Source: Candidatus Borrarchaeum weybense (lineage in GTDB: Archaea > Asgardarchaeota > Sifarchaeia > Borrarchaeales > Borrarchaeaceae). Taken from it: 64,000 nt of DNA. The position numbers were made by a program, and so were the translations under genes. Positions 36,738 to 47,298 of the stretch are shown here, piece after piece. Every line of letters starts with the position of its first letter. Position 1 is the first letter of the stretch. The DNA lies in NCBI GenBank assembly GCA_019057385.1, contig JAHQJS010000004.1:192001-256000 (forward strand), read 5' to 3'. Below the pieces are notes generated by a model. That model was not told the DNA's origin and searched no databases. It worked only from the letters and a program-made list of their open reading frames with translations.

Positions 36738-39098
36738 ATGCGCGGTGTCCTTTTCGGATTAGGTGTTCTTAGTCTATCCCATGTATTGCTAGTTATATGG
36801 CGATATGGAATCATTCCTTTGTCTTTTGTTTGGCCAATTAGTTTAATTTGTATTGGAGTTATCATTCTTGCGATTTCAGAACTAATAGGGAAGGAGGTAA
36901 CTCGATTCCTTGAGTGTATAACTACATCACATAAATATGCTCTTAGTTTTATAATTCTCGTTTCAGTATTAGCGAATCTTTCCTTAATAGGCCCGGGTAA
37001 TATCCATGGAGACGGTATTTTTCATGTATTCAAAGTTTGGTATTTAAGAAAGGCATGGATGAATGGAATTTTCTATCCAATATGGTGTCCTTACTGGTAT
37101 TCAGGGTATCCTTTTTTGGAATTTTATGGTCCACTTTTCTATGTCTTTGCCGCTTTACTTTCCTTAGGCACAGACTGGATGACAGGCTCTAAGTTTGCAA
37201 TTTACTTTGCGTGTATATTATCATCTCTGACTATGTATGGTCTTATTTATGTTATTACTCAAGATAGATTGGGAGGAATAGTAGGAGGGCTAGCATATAC
37301 TCTTACTTACTATAAATTTCCTCTTTTAACCAAGTTTGGGCATCTTGCTAGCAGTTTAGAATGGTTTTTTCTGCCATTATTATTCTTATTCTTGGAATTA
37401 GCTATTAAAAGAGAAAAACACATTTTTGCTGTATATGCAGGTTTTTGTTGGGCGGGAATTTTTCTTACTCATGCAGGAGACGGATATATGATCTCTTTTT
37501 TAGTAATATTCTATCTTATAATCTCAAGTATAATTAAGTTTAATTTAGAAAATATATACTTCATAGGGCGATTAGCCTTGATTTCAGGGACTATAACATT
37601 GGGTTTATCTGCCTTCTTTTTAATACCTTACCTGCTTGATAGTGTTGAAGCAAATACGAGATTATTTGTATACCCTGGAAAGCTAGGAGACCCCATATCC
37701 TTACCTTTAATTCTCACGAGAGATTTTGTACACATCAATCAACCATTTCCTATTTACATAGGGAATTCAATTCTGATAATAGCGTTTTTAGCAATCTTTC
37801 TTCGAAGAAATAGAGCATCGATTGTTTACACTGCTTCTTTACTCTTTTCTTTATTTTTTGTTCTAGGCTCAGCAGTTCCGTTTTATAGCGAAATTCCTCT
37901 TATTACTAGCCTAGATTATTTTCCTTATCGCTTTTTACTATTAGTTAGTTTTGTGGCATCAGTACTATCTGGTCTCACAATCGCCTCACTTAAAGATATA
38001 CAAAAACCATTTTCAGCCTATTTAAAGAAATTTAAATCAAAGCGTAAGCTTCAAAAACACTTAATCGTTGTGTTGATGGTTATCATAGTTATTGATTTGT
38101 GGCCGGGGACATTAATTTCCAAAAATCGCCCCTTATCTTGGATGCTTGATGATAACTGGATAAATACCTATAATTGGCTTAATGAACATCCCGGTTATCA
38201 CAAAATCATCAGATTAGATAGAGGAGGTCCTCCTAATTATGCTTATCATGCCATTATAGGGAATACATTCGATACTGCTGGTGCGTTTGGTCAAGCTGAG
38301 AATCAAGAGTATTCATCTTTTAAAATCAAATTTGAGGGAGACATAAAATCTTTAAAAAATACTCCTAGAAAGGGATTACTAACTCCCTTAAGACTTTTAG
38401 GTGTCAGATATTTGATTATAGATAGTTCTCGTAGTTATGCTAAATACTTGATTGAATCTTCTAAATTGGATATAATGCAGACTAATGGCAACGTAATGAT
38501 TCTAGAATATAACGAATATACTTCGCCTGTTATTATTTCTCAAGCAGCTGCACTTGTTGAAGCAGATAATGAAATCAATGAATATTATTCTTATGTAACA
38601 GATCCAGATTATGATCCTTCAAAAATGATTTTTCTTAAGGCAACAAAATTTGATTACGAATCAAATGTCCCACTTAACTTGCCTGAGGATTTTATAGATG
38701 ATAAAAGTAACTTCAATTCCGATACACTTGAACTAGAGATTAAGGAGAACACGATCTCTGCAAAGGTATATATCTCTGCTCCTTCTTTTGTATATTTCAG
38801 TTTTAGCTACTTTCCTGGCTGGAAAGCCTTGGTTGATGGGACAGAAAGTAATATCTTAATTGCAGAACCAAATTTTATGTGTTTATACATTGATAAGGCT
38901 GGAACACATAACATCTCACTTAAATATAGTTTAAATCCGCCGAAAACTGTCGGAATAGTTATCACATTAAGTACCTTTCTGGTGTCACTTTTTATGATGG
39001 CCTGGCCTTCTCGACAGACATTTAAAGAAACTATAGAACTGATTATATTCAGAAAACGCAAAGGAAAAAAAGTTAATCAAGATCTCAAAAAAAGTTAA
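36738..39098 (+). CDS. Large membrane protein, PTPS-related/YfhO-like GT-C family (tandem copy 1)
   Basis: D...H.FK, P.WCPYWYSGYPFLEFYGP, YPYRF-like, SYFPGWKALVDG. Confidence 0.82.
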   Translation: MRGVLFGLGVLSLSHVLLVIWRYGIIPLSFVWPISLICIGVIILAISELIGKEVTRFLECITTSHKYALSFIILVSVLANLSLIGPGNIHGDGIFHVFKVWYLRKAWMNGIFYPIWCPYWYSGYPFLEFYGPLFYVFAALLSLGTDWMTGSKFAIYFACILSSLTMYGLIYVITQDRLGGIVGGLAYTLTYYKFPLLTKFGHLASSLEWFFLPLLFLFLELAIKREKHIFAVYAGFCWAGIFLTHAGDGYMISFLVIFYLIISSIIKFNLENIYFIGRLALISGTITLGLSAFFLIPYLLDSVEANTRLFVYPGKLGDPISLPLILTRDFVHINQPFPIYIGNSILIIAFLAIFLRRNRASIVYTASLLFSLFFVLGSAVPFYSEIPLITSLDYFPYRFLLLVSFVASVLSGLTIASLKDIQKPFSAYLKKFKSKRKLQKHLIVVLMVIIVIDLWPGTLISKNRPLSWMLDDNWINTYNWLNEHPGYHKIIRLDRGGPPNYAYHAIIGNTFDTAGAFGQAENQEYSSFKIKFEGDIKSLKNTPRKGLLTPLRLLGVRYLIIDSSRSYAKYLIESSKLDIMQTNGNVMILEYNEYTSPVIISQAAALVEADNEINEYYSYVTDPDYDPSKMIFLKATKFDYESNVPLNLPEDFIDDKSNFNSDTLELEIKENTISAKVYISAPSFVYFSFSYFPGWKALVDGTESNILIAEPNFMCLYIDKAGTHNISLKYSLNPPKTVGIVITLSTFLVSLFMMAWPSRQTFKETIELIIFRKRKGKKVNQDLKKS

Positions 39099-39231
39099 AC
39101 TAAGACTTTTTACGCTAGCTTTCATCTCATCTTCAAAAAGAATCATTTAGATATTAACTTAATCGCTGTGTAAGCTGAAGAAAATACTAACTAAATCCTT
39201 GAATGTAAATTTAGAACCGGAGTTCAAAACT

Positions 39232-41568
39232 ATGCGTGGTTCTCTTTCAGGAATTGGAATTCTTAGTCTTTCACAAATTTTATTAGTCCTTTGGCGATAT
39301 GGACTTCTTCCCTTCTCTTTAATTTGGCCTATTCTTTTGAGTTGCTTAGCAGTTATTATACTGGTGGTTTCTGAATTGTTATGGCACGATGTAACAACCT
39401 TCGTTGAATTAATGACTACTTCTCATCGATTTGCACTTGGTTTCATTATTCTAATTGCCGCATTGGCGAATCTCACTTTAATAGGTCCTGGTTATATTCA
39501 TGCTGATGGTATTACTCATGCTTTTAAGGTGTGGTATCTTAGGAAAGCGTGGCTAAATGGAAGCTTTTATCCACTTTGGTGTCCCTATTGGTATTCAGGA
39601 TATCCATTTCTGGAATTTTATGGCCCTCTATTTTATGTTTTTGCTGCTTTACTTTCCTTGGGAACAGATTGGATGCTTGGCTCTAAACTGGCTCTGTATC
39701 TTGCATGTATAATGTCTCCCCTCGCCATGTATGGTCTTGTATATGTCATTACTGAGGATAGACTTGGAGGAATAGTGGGAGGGGTAGCCTATACCCTTAT
39801 CTACTATAAATTTCCTCTATTAACGAAGTATGGACATCTTGCTAGCAGTTTGGTGTTGATTTTTCTTCCTTTATTATTCTTATCTTTTGAATTAGCCATT
39901 AGAAAAGAAAAACAAGTGTATGCGATATTAGCAGGTTTTTGTTGGGCTGGGGTATTCCTTTCTCATCAAGGAGCCGGATATATGGTCTCTCTTTTGGTAT
40001 TTTTTTATCTTCTATTTTCCTGTGCTATTAAGTTCAAATTTGAAAATATCTACTTAATAGGTCGCATATGCTTAATTTCAACAGTCGTAGCGTTAGGTCT
40101 GTCTTCCTTCTTCATTATACCTTACTTTATAGATGGTATTGGAGCAAATACAAGAATCTTTGATTCACATTGGCTAGGATATCCTATATCTCTACCCTTA
40201 ATTCTGACAAGAGATTTTGTAAACGTTTATCAACCGTTTCCTGTATATATTGGGGATTCTATATTGGGAATAGCTTTTGCAGCGATATTTCTGCGTAGAA
40301 CTAGGTCAACCATCGTATATACTGCATTGTTGCTTTTTTCGTTCTTTCTTGTACTCGGATCAGAACTTCCATTCTATACTGCAATTCCTTTTATTGTCAG
40401 TCTTGAATATCCGTATCGATTCCTCATACTAGTTAGTTTTGTGGCATCAGTATTATCTGGCATTGCAATTTCATCAATAAAGAATATACAAAAACCATTT
40501 TCAGGGTATCTTATGAAACTTAAGTCGAATCCAAGAATTCAAAAAAGGGTAATCGTAATATTGATGGTCATTATAATCATTGATCTATGGCCAGGAACCT
40601 TAGTTTCCAAAAACAGACCTTTGGATTGGTTAGTTGATGATGAATGGTTAGGTGCCTATAATTGGCTTGATACACAGACTGGTTACCATAAAATCATGAG
40701 ATTTGGGAATTCTGGACCCAGTTATGTAGTTTCTTCTTCTATTATTGGAAACACATTCGACACCGCAGGCTACTTTAGACAATCTACGAATAAAGATTAT
40801 GGTGAGTTTACCTCCACATTTAAGGGAGAAATAAGATCATTGAATAATGCCCCTAAAAAAGGGCTTCTAACGCCTCTTCAACTTTTAGGTGTTAAATATG
40901 TGCTTTTAGATACTTCTAAAAATTATGCTACACATTTAGCAAAATCATCTGAATTAGAAGTAGTGCATACTTCCGGCAAGGTAACTATTTTGGAATATAG
41001 TGGATATACTTCCCCGATCATAATTTCTCAGTCTGCAGCGCTTGTTGGAGGCGAAAACGAAATCGATACTTTCTATGATTATGTAACAAATCCAGATTAT
41101 GATCCTTCTAAAATGATTTTTCTCAAAGAAGATCAGTATTATAACGACATTGAGACCCCTCTCCAATCTTTTGAGGACTCAATAGAGTATGACGCCAGTT
41201 TTATGTCACAAATTATTGATTTAGAGGTGAGAGAAGACATTATCTTGACAAATATATTTGTTTCTGCATCTTCTTTTGTATTTTTCAGTTTTAATTTCTT
41301 CCCTGGCTGGCATGCTTTAGTTGATGGAAAAGAAAGTAAAATCCTAATAGCGGAACCCTTTTTTATGTGTATATATCTTAACGAAGGCGGAACGCATAAT
41401 GTCTCGCTTAAGTACCAGCTTAATACACCTAAAACAGTAGGATTACTAATTACACTGAGTACATTATTTGTAGCACTCTTTGTTACGTTTTGGTCGTATA
41501 AACAGAAAATCAAAGAGATAATAGAACAGAGCTTATTGAGCAAATACAGAGGATGGAGAACTAAATGA
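39232..41568 (+). CDS. Large membrane protein, PTPS-related/YfhO-like GT-C family (tandem copy 2)
   Basis: Colinear and highly similar to 36738..39098; start aligned to MRGSL. Confidence 0.82.
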   Translation: MRGSLSGIGILSLSQILLVLWRYGLLPFSLIWPILLSCLAVIILVVSELLWHDVTTFVELMTTSHRFALGFIILIAALANLTLIGPGYIHADGITHAFKVWYLRKAWLNGSFYPLWCPYWYSGYPFLEFYGPLFYVFAALLSLGTDWMLGSKLALYLACIMSPLAMYGLVYVITEDRLGGIVGGVAYTLIYYKFPLLTKYGHLASSLVLIFLPLLFLSFELAIRKEKQVYAILAGFCWAGVFLSHQGAGYMVSLLVFFYLLFSCAIKFKFENIYLIGRICLISTVVALGLSSFFIIPYFIDGIGANTRIFDSHWLGYPISLPLILTRDFVNVYQPFPVYIGDSILGIAFAAIFLRRTRSTIVYTALLLFSFFLVLGSELPFYTAIPFIVSLEYPYRFLILVSFVASVLSGIAISSIKNIQKPFSGYLMKLKSNPRIQKRVIVILMVIIIIDLWPGTLVSKNRPLDWLVDDEWLGAYNWLDTQTGYHKIMRFGNSGPSYVVSSSIIGNTFDTAGYFRQSTNKDYGEFTSTFKGEIRSLNNAPKKGLLTPLQLLGVKYVLLDTSKNYATHLAKSSELEVVHTSGKVTILEYSGYTSPIIISQSAALVGGENEIDTFYDYVTNPDYDPSKMIFLKEDQYYNDIETPLQSFEDSIEYDASFMSQIIDLEVREDIILTNIFVSASSFVFFSFNFFPGWHALVDGKESKILIAEPFFMCIYLNEGGTHNVSLKYQLNTPKTVGLLITLSTLFVALFVTFWSYKQKIKEIIEQSLLSKYRGWRTK

Positions 41569-42644
41569 CCAAAGCACAAAAAAAAGTGTTAAAACTCCTT
41601 ACGCCAGGTTTTATTACACCGCATAAGGGGGTTCATTTAGTCTTTGACGCTATTGATGGGCTCAATGACGTGGAATATATTGTCGCAGGTTCAATTAGAA
41701 CTGATTCACGTGTTCATAAGACATACTTGACAAAAATAAAAGAAAATGCTCCTTGTAATGTGAAAATAATTGAAAAATTCTTTTCGAAAGAGGAGTTTCT
41801 TGAAATAATTGCAGATAGCGATATAGTTATTTTACCTTATTTAGATGTATCTCAAAGTGGCTCTGGAATTCTCCATTTATCATTAGGTCTTGGAAAGCCG
41901 ATTATTGCCTCAAAAATTGGAGAATTCGTAGAATTATTAAGAGGAAACGCTTTATTGGTCGATCCTTACGATAAAATTGCATTAAGAAACGCTATTCTTA
42001 AAATGAAGAATAGCAAATTGAAGAAGTTTTATGAATCTCGTACAAAAGAATTAGCCTCTAAAACATCATGGAGCAACATTGCTAATGAACATCTCAAAAT
42101 ATATCGTAATCTGCTAAAAACATATCATCCTTCACACATAGCGATAGTTAGTACCTTTGGGGAACGTTGTGGCATAGGCGAATATGCATCATTCTTGGCA
42201 AACTCGTTAGAAAATCAACAACTGAAAGTTCTGCGGATTAAACTTAAGAAGAACTGGAGTTTTAGCATCGCTTTGGTGAAAATTATTGATCGGTACCATC
42301 CCCAACTTGTGCATATACAATTTGAATATGGTTTATTCAAATGTTTTCCATTTCTCCAGATAGGCACTTCTATTTTACTCTTCTATTTCCTCTCAAAATT
42401 ATTTAACGTTAAAACAATAACAACAATGCACACTGTTTATAACCCTCATTATCTCTGGAACAAAAAATGGAAGAATATATTATCAAGGGTTGCAGGAACG
42501 TTTTTGCGAGTATTCCTTGTGAAATTAATAACCGTAATGTCAAATCGAATTATAGTACATACAAATGAATCTAAAAAGGCGCTTTCAAACGACAAGAAAA
42601 CGTTTGTAGTGCGTCACGGCACATTGATTAAAAGGCGCAAATAA
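41565..42644 (+). CDS. GT4 (GT-B) glycosyltransferase with inverted domain order
   Basis: aa 1-190 carry GFITPHKG, DIVILPY, SGIL...LGKPII, SW..IA..H..IY; aa 191-359 carry IAIVST...CGIGEY, VHIQFEYGLF, ITTMHTV, IIVH, VVRHG. Confidence 0.85.
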   Translation: MTKAQKKVLKLLTPGFITPHKGVHLVFDAIDGLNDVEYIVAGSIRTDSRVHKTYLTKIKENAPCNVKIIEKFFSKEEFLEIIADSDIVILPYLDVSQSGSGILHLSLGLGKPIIASKIGEFVELLRGNALLVDPYDKIALRNAILKMKNSKLKKFYESRTKELASKTSWSNIANEHLKIYRNLLKTYHPSHIAIVSTFGERCGIGEYASFLANSLENQQLKVLRIKLKKNWSFSIALVKIIDRYHPQLVHIQFEYGLFKCFPFLQIGTSILLFYFLSKLFNVKTITTMHTVYNPHYLWNKKWKNILSRVAGTFLRVFLVKLITVMSNRIIVHTNESKKALSNDKKTFVVRHGTLIKRRK

Positions 42645-42657
42645 GGTAGAGCGAGAA

Positions 42658-43542
42658 ATGGATGCTTCTATAGTTATTTCAACTTATGGGAGAGGACAAG
42701 ACGTTGTAGATTGTATTAACAGCCTCCTTAATCTCAACAAACATAATTTTGAGATTATTGTTATTGAGTCATCCCCCAACGTGTTAACAGCGCTTGATTT
42801 AAAAAAAAGATATAAGGATAATTTATTAGTAAGAATAACTCATTCTAAAATTCCCATAGGTCTGTCCAGAGCCAGAAATCTCGGCGTTCTCCTTGCAAAG
42901 AATGATATTGTGGTTTTTATCGATGACGATTGTATAGCCTGTCCTAATTGGCTTCAAAATCTTTTAAATGTATTTAATACTAAAAAAACAGGCATTGTTG
43001 GGGGTCGATCAATCCCGCTTTTCTTAACTGAACGCGTTCCTCGATGGTTAGATGATCGATTGACTCCAGCAATAGGAATTTCACATTTTTCAAATAAAAG
43101 GCAAAAAGTTGAATATGTACTTGGCTGCAATTTTGCAGTCCGAAAGGAATTATTCAATGAAATGAATTTGTTTAGAGAAGATTTAGGTCGTAGAGGAAAA
43201 CTTCTTCTATCAAATGAAGAGGTCGAGTTTTGTAAGAGAGTTAAGGAAGCAGGTTATCTTGTTATTTACACGCCCAAAGCTGTGGTGAGACATAAGGTAT
43301 ACCCTACAAGGTTGGACAGAAGTTACTTTTTCAAACGATTCTTCTATGGAGGTTTGAGTGAGGGGATAATGCATACTTTTGGCATTAGAAAATTGTTTTT
43401 CGTAGCGAAAGAATTGCTGAAAAACATAATATATTTCTTTAGAAATGCCAATATGTTTTCCTTGTGTTTAATTTTTGAAAAGTTAGGTCTATTTGTAAGC
43501 ATTCTCTATATACCTAAAAGCGGAGAATCTTATTCAGTCTAA
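42658..43542 (+). CDS. GT2 glycosyltransferase
   Basis: SIVISTY.R, GLSRARN.G, FIDDD, GCNF, EE.EFC.R. Confidence 0.92.
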   Translation: MDASIVISTYGRGQDVVDCINSLLNLNKHNFEIIVIESSPNVLTALDLKKRYKDNLLVRITHSKIPIGLSRARNLGVLLAKNDIVVFIDDDCIACPNWLQNLLNVFNTKKTGIVGGRSIPLFLTERVPRWLDDRLTPAIGISHFSNKRQKVEYVLGCNFAVRKELFNEMNLFREDLGRRGKLLLSNEEVEFCKRVKEAGYLVIYTPKAVVRHKVYPTRLDRSYFFKRFFYGGLSEGIMHTFGIRKLFFVAKELLKNIIYFFRNANMFSLCLIFEKLGLFVSILYIPKSGESYSV

Positions 43543-43571
43543 TTTCATAATGAACTACAAAAAAGAAGTCA

Positions 43572-44768
43572 TTGGAGTTCAATTGGGTAATGTCAATAAA
43601 AATAGATACAAGTAGAGAACTTGAGGAGATCCATCTTAGTCTAACTCGAATTCTCGACGAAAGGGATAGATTATTCCCAAAACACGATCCCCAAAATACA
43701 AAAGATGTGCGAAAGATCCTCAAGGCATATGCAAATGTTCTTAAAAGTATAGAAGTGCCAAACTGGGAGCCCGATAATAAACTTATAGACTCAGCGAAGA
43801 ATTTGACCCAAAAATGTGTTTTCATCTGTGGTTTCATGAAAAGTGGAACAACATTACTTTTAGAACTCTTGGATAACCATCCTGAACTTATTGTCATGCC
43901 TGGTGACTCAAATCTGATAAATTGGATAAATAATACGCTGAATACACCTTTAGAGGAGCGTCTAACAAATTGGGATGTGCACTGGATCTCTCGCCTTATC
44001 AATCCCACAGGTCAAAAACCATTCTGGATAATGGGTGAAAAAGTTCATCCATATTTGGAATTTCTTTACTATCTAAATTATTGGCTTGAAGATTTACCTT
44101 CTTCTGACACTAGCCCTTTTATTGCAGTTGTCTTAGCTTTTTATTGTGCAAATCCACAGCGTGCAACCGATCCTAAGTTTTGGGTTGAAAAAAACCCTAG
44201 GAATGAATTGAAAGTTGATCAGATCTTAAACTATTTTCCTTCTGCACGTTTCATTCACATTATACGTGATCCTCGCTCGAATATGGCTTCCTTGAAGCGA
44301 CGTTGCAAACTCCATAAATTGAATTGGGATGTAGAAGGTTATTCTTATGCAATCCAGAAATCAAATAAACTCGGATTTTTTTACCAAAAAAGACTTGGAA
44401 AAAGCAGGTATCATATTTTACGATATGAAGATTTAATAAAGAATCCAGAAATTGAGATGAAAACTATCGCTAATTTCTTAGGAATCAAAATTGACAACAA
44501 TCTGCTTTACCCTACAGTGAATGGTCTTCCCGCCAAATCAAATACAATGTTCAAAGATAGACAGATCCAAGGCAAAATTTTTGCCAACTTAAGCGAGAAA
44601 TGGCGAACTGAATTAGACCTTTCTGAGCAAAAGGAAATATATGCTATTTTATATCCTATAGCAAAACGTCTAGGTTATGATTGGAAACTTGGATCTATTA
44701 GTTGGGCTAATTATCTTTACTATTGCCAAGCTAGGATTAGATATCTTGCATCTCGAATGCTTAAATGA
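43572..44768 (+). CDS. PAPS-dependent sulfotransferase
   Basis: VFICGFMKSGTTLL (5'-PSB loop), WVEKNP, IRDPRSN.AS, RYEDL. Confidence 0.9.
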   Translation: MEFNWVMSIKIDTSRELEEIHLSLTRILDERDRLFPKHDPQNTKDVRKILKAYANVLKSIEVPNWEPDNKLIDSAKNLTQKCVFICGFMKSGTTLLLELLDNHPELIVMPGDSNLINWINNTLNTPLEERLTNWDVHWISRLINPTGQKPFWIMGEKVHPYLEFLYYLNYWLEDLPSSDTSPFIAVVLAFYCANPQRATDPKFWVEKNPRNELKVDQILNYFPSARFIHIIRDPRSNMASLKRRCKLHKLNWDVEGYSYAIQKSNKLGFFYQKRLGKSRYHILRYEDLIKNPEIEMKTIANFLGIKIDNNLLYPTVNGLPAKSNTMFKDRQIQGKIFANLSEKWRTELDLSEQKEIYAILYPIAKRLGYDWKLGSISWANYLYYCQARIRYLASRMLK

Positions 44769-45000
44769 TTTAGAAACTAAAAATAACGACTTTGGAAATA
44801 TCTTGAATCACGATTGCTTTAGTTATCGCAAAAAAGCCAAACCAGATTTATAATTAACTTCATAGCCCTTTCCATGTTTCCTGATAAAAGCTTTTTTGGT
44901 CTATTAAGAAAATCATAACGGTCTTAATTTCAAAGCGATAGACATAAATTCATAACTTAATTGAATTTACCCCAAATATCAAAGTTCTTGTGGGCTGATT

Positions 45001-45849
45001 TTGGGCGAAAAAAAGATCGCAATATATGAACCCGATCGTACAGTAAAACAAGGTTATATTACACTCTGGAAAGAAAATTTCCAGGATTTAAAAGAAAACT
45101 TATGGCTAATCCGTCAATTTTTTTTCAGAGAATTTAAAGGGCAGTATAGTCAATCTCTATTGGGTATTATATGGGCTTTTATACTGCCTCTTGTAACACT
45201 AGCAATTTTTATTCTTCTAAGAAGTTCAGGGTTATTTAATGTTGGAGTTATAGAGGTGCCTTATGTAATCTATGCGCTCCTAGGATTATCTTTCTGGCAG
45301 TTATTTGTCACAGGGATTGTACAGAGTACAAATTCTTTGGTTAGTGCGGGATCTATGATTAAAAAGGTTAATTTTCCTCGGGAAACCTTGGTCTTTGCAT
45401 CATTAGGAAATGCACTATTCTCATTTGCTCTTCAGATGGGCATTGTTTTTATCTTGTTTGGTATTTATGGATTTTTTCCTCACTGGAAATTTTTGCTGTT
45501 TCCATTAATGATAATCCCGATATTATTATTAACTTGTGGATTAGGCTTCATTTTTTCGTTAATAAATGGTATAATACGAGATTTAGGAAGAATTCTTGGC
45601 CTTGGATTAACTTTTTTGCTGTTTATCACTCCTATCGCGTATGAACTTCCTGAAATGGGATTTTTGGCAACATTGGCCCGCATCAATCCCTTGTATTATC
45701 TTTCCATAGCACCTAGGGATCTTGCACTAACAGGAACATTAAGCCATCCGCTGGGCTACTTTATTTCTTGTGGTCTTTCTATTTTCGTCTTTTTCTATTG
45801 CTGGATGACGTTTCATTTGACAGAAACCAGAATTCCAGAGAGGCTCTAG
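45001..45849 (+). CDS. wzm: ABC-2 polysaccharide export permease
   Basis: REFK.QY.QS.LG.IW..I.P, IKKVNFPRE, RD, TPI.Y, NP. Confidence 0.92.
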   Translation: MGEKKIAIYEPDRTVKQGYITLWKENFQDLKENLWLIRQFFFREFKGQYSQSLLGIIWAFILPLVTLAIFILLRSSGLFNVGVIEVPYVIYALLGLSFWQLFVTGIVQSTNSLVSAGSMIKKVNFPRETLVFASLGNALFSFALQMGIVFILFGIYGFFPHWKFLLFPLMIIPILLLTCGLGFIFSLINGIIRDLGRILGLGLTFLLFITPIAYELPEMGFLATLARINPLYYLSIAPRDLALTGTLSHPLGYFISCGLSIFVFFYCWMTFHLTETRIPERL

Positions 45850-45853
45850 TAAT

Positions 45854-47152
45854 ATGTCTTTAAAAAATACAGATGTTAGGTCGTTAAACGATAACGAAGT
45901 CGTTATCAAAGTCGAAAACGTATCAAAAAAATTTTCTAAGTCACTTAGGCGATCTATGGTTTATGGCTTGAAAGATATCCTTAGAAATACTTTTAAAATG
46001 CACTCAAAATCTGACAGACTTAGAAAAAGTGAATTTTGGGCAGTAAAGGACATCTCATTTGAATTAAAAAAAAGCGAATGTCTTGGAATAGTTGGCCCTA
46101 ATGGTTCTGGAAAGACAACACTATTGTCTATGTTAAATGGCATTTACATGCCAGATCAAGGTAAGATTACAGTAAAAGGAAAAGTAGGTGCATTAATAGC
46201 AGTTGGAGCTGGTTTTCATCCTATGTTATCAGGGCGGGAGAACATCTATATTAACGGTGCAGTATTAGGAATGGGCAAAGAAGAAATTAACAAGAAATTT
46301 GATTCTATAGTTGAATTTGCTGATATTGGTGATTTTCTCGATATGCCTGTGAAGCATTATAGTTCTGGCATGTATGTGAGACTTGGATTTGCGGTGGCAA
46401 TTCATTGTGAGCCAGATATACTTCTAGTTGACGAAATCTTGTCAGTAGGAGATATCAAATTTAGAGATAAGTCACAACGAAAATTCATGGAATTGGTTGA
46501 AAATGGTACTTCAGTCGTTCTTGTTTCTCATAATCTTAATACCGTGAGACGAGTTTGTGATAAGGCACTTATGTTAAACAAAGGAGAAGTTATTGATTAT
46601 GGAGAGGTTGAAGATGTTATCAATAATTATAGTCTGCTAATGAACAGAGAGGAACTAAAAACTCTCAAAGAAAAAAGTGATCTCATTCCCCTGCAAAGGA
46701 AAGGGGAAACAGGAAGGATAGAACTTTTTAATTGCAAAGTTTATGAAGAAGGAGGAAATCCGGAATTTAATGAGATCGAATTTGGAAAAAATATTATAAT
46801 TGAGTTTGAGTATAAATGTTATGAGGAACTAAAAAATCCAGAATTTCGTGTAATTATCTCTTCTGCTTTTAATAGAAAATCGATTGCAAAGATAAGTTCT
46901 TATTCTACGTCCAATTTACCATCTTTCTTCAGTGATACCGGGAAAATTAGATTTACAATTACAAATAATAGACTGCATCACGGAGTTTATCTTATTAGTC
47001 TGGCAGTAGTGAGAGGCTCCTTTGGCCATTTATTTACTTTTAACAATTGTCAACAATTTCTCATTAAGAATCCGGATCCTAGAGTATATCGTGTAGAATA
47101 TTCGAATTTATTATTTGTTCTTGATTTTACCGTGGATCATATTAGCGAATGA
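45854..47152 (+). CDS. wzt: Polysaccharide export ABC ATPase with Wzt C-terminal domain
   Basis: FWAVKDISF, GPNGSGKTT, YSSGMYVRLGFA, LLVDE.L.VGD, C-terminal beta domain. Confidence 0.94.
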   Translation: MSLKNTDVRSLNDNEVVIKVENVSKKFSKSLRRSMVYGLKDILRNTFKMHSKSDRLRKSEFWAVKDISFELKKSECLGIVGPNGSGKTTLLSMLNGIYMPDQGKITVKGKVGALIAVGAGFHPMLSGRENIYINGAVLGMGKEEINKKFDSIVEFADIGDFLDMPVKHYSSGMYVRLGFAVAIHCEPDILLVDEILSVGDIKFRDKSQRKFMELVENGTSVVLVSHNLNTVRRVCDKALMLNKGEVIDYGEVEDVINNYSLLMNREELKTLKEKSDLIPLQRKGETGRIELFNCKVYEEGGNPEFNEIEFGKNIIIEFEYKCYEELKNPEFRVIISSAFNRKSIAKISSYSTSNLPSFFSDTGKIRFTITNNRLHHGVYLISLAVVRGSFGHLFTFNNCQQFLIKNPDPRVYRVEYSNLLFVLDFTVDHISE

Positions 47153-47298
47153 ATCAATTTGATAGACATTAACACACTTGAAATCGTATCCGCAAATGTT
47201 CGATAGTGATTAGTATAAGCACATCTAAAATATCAAGTATTGGATAAAATTTATCTTCTGTTAATCTGTGAGCTTAGGACATTATTGGGGTAAATTAG

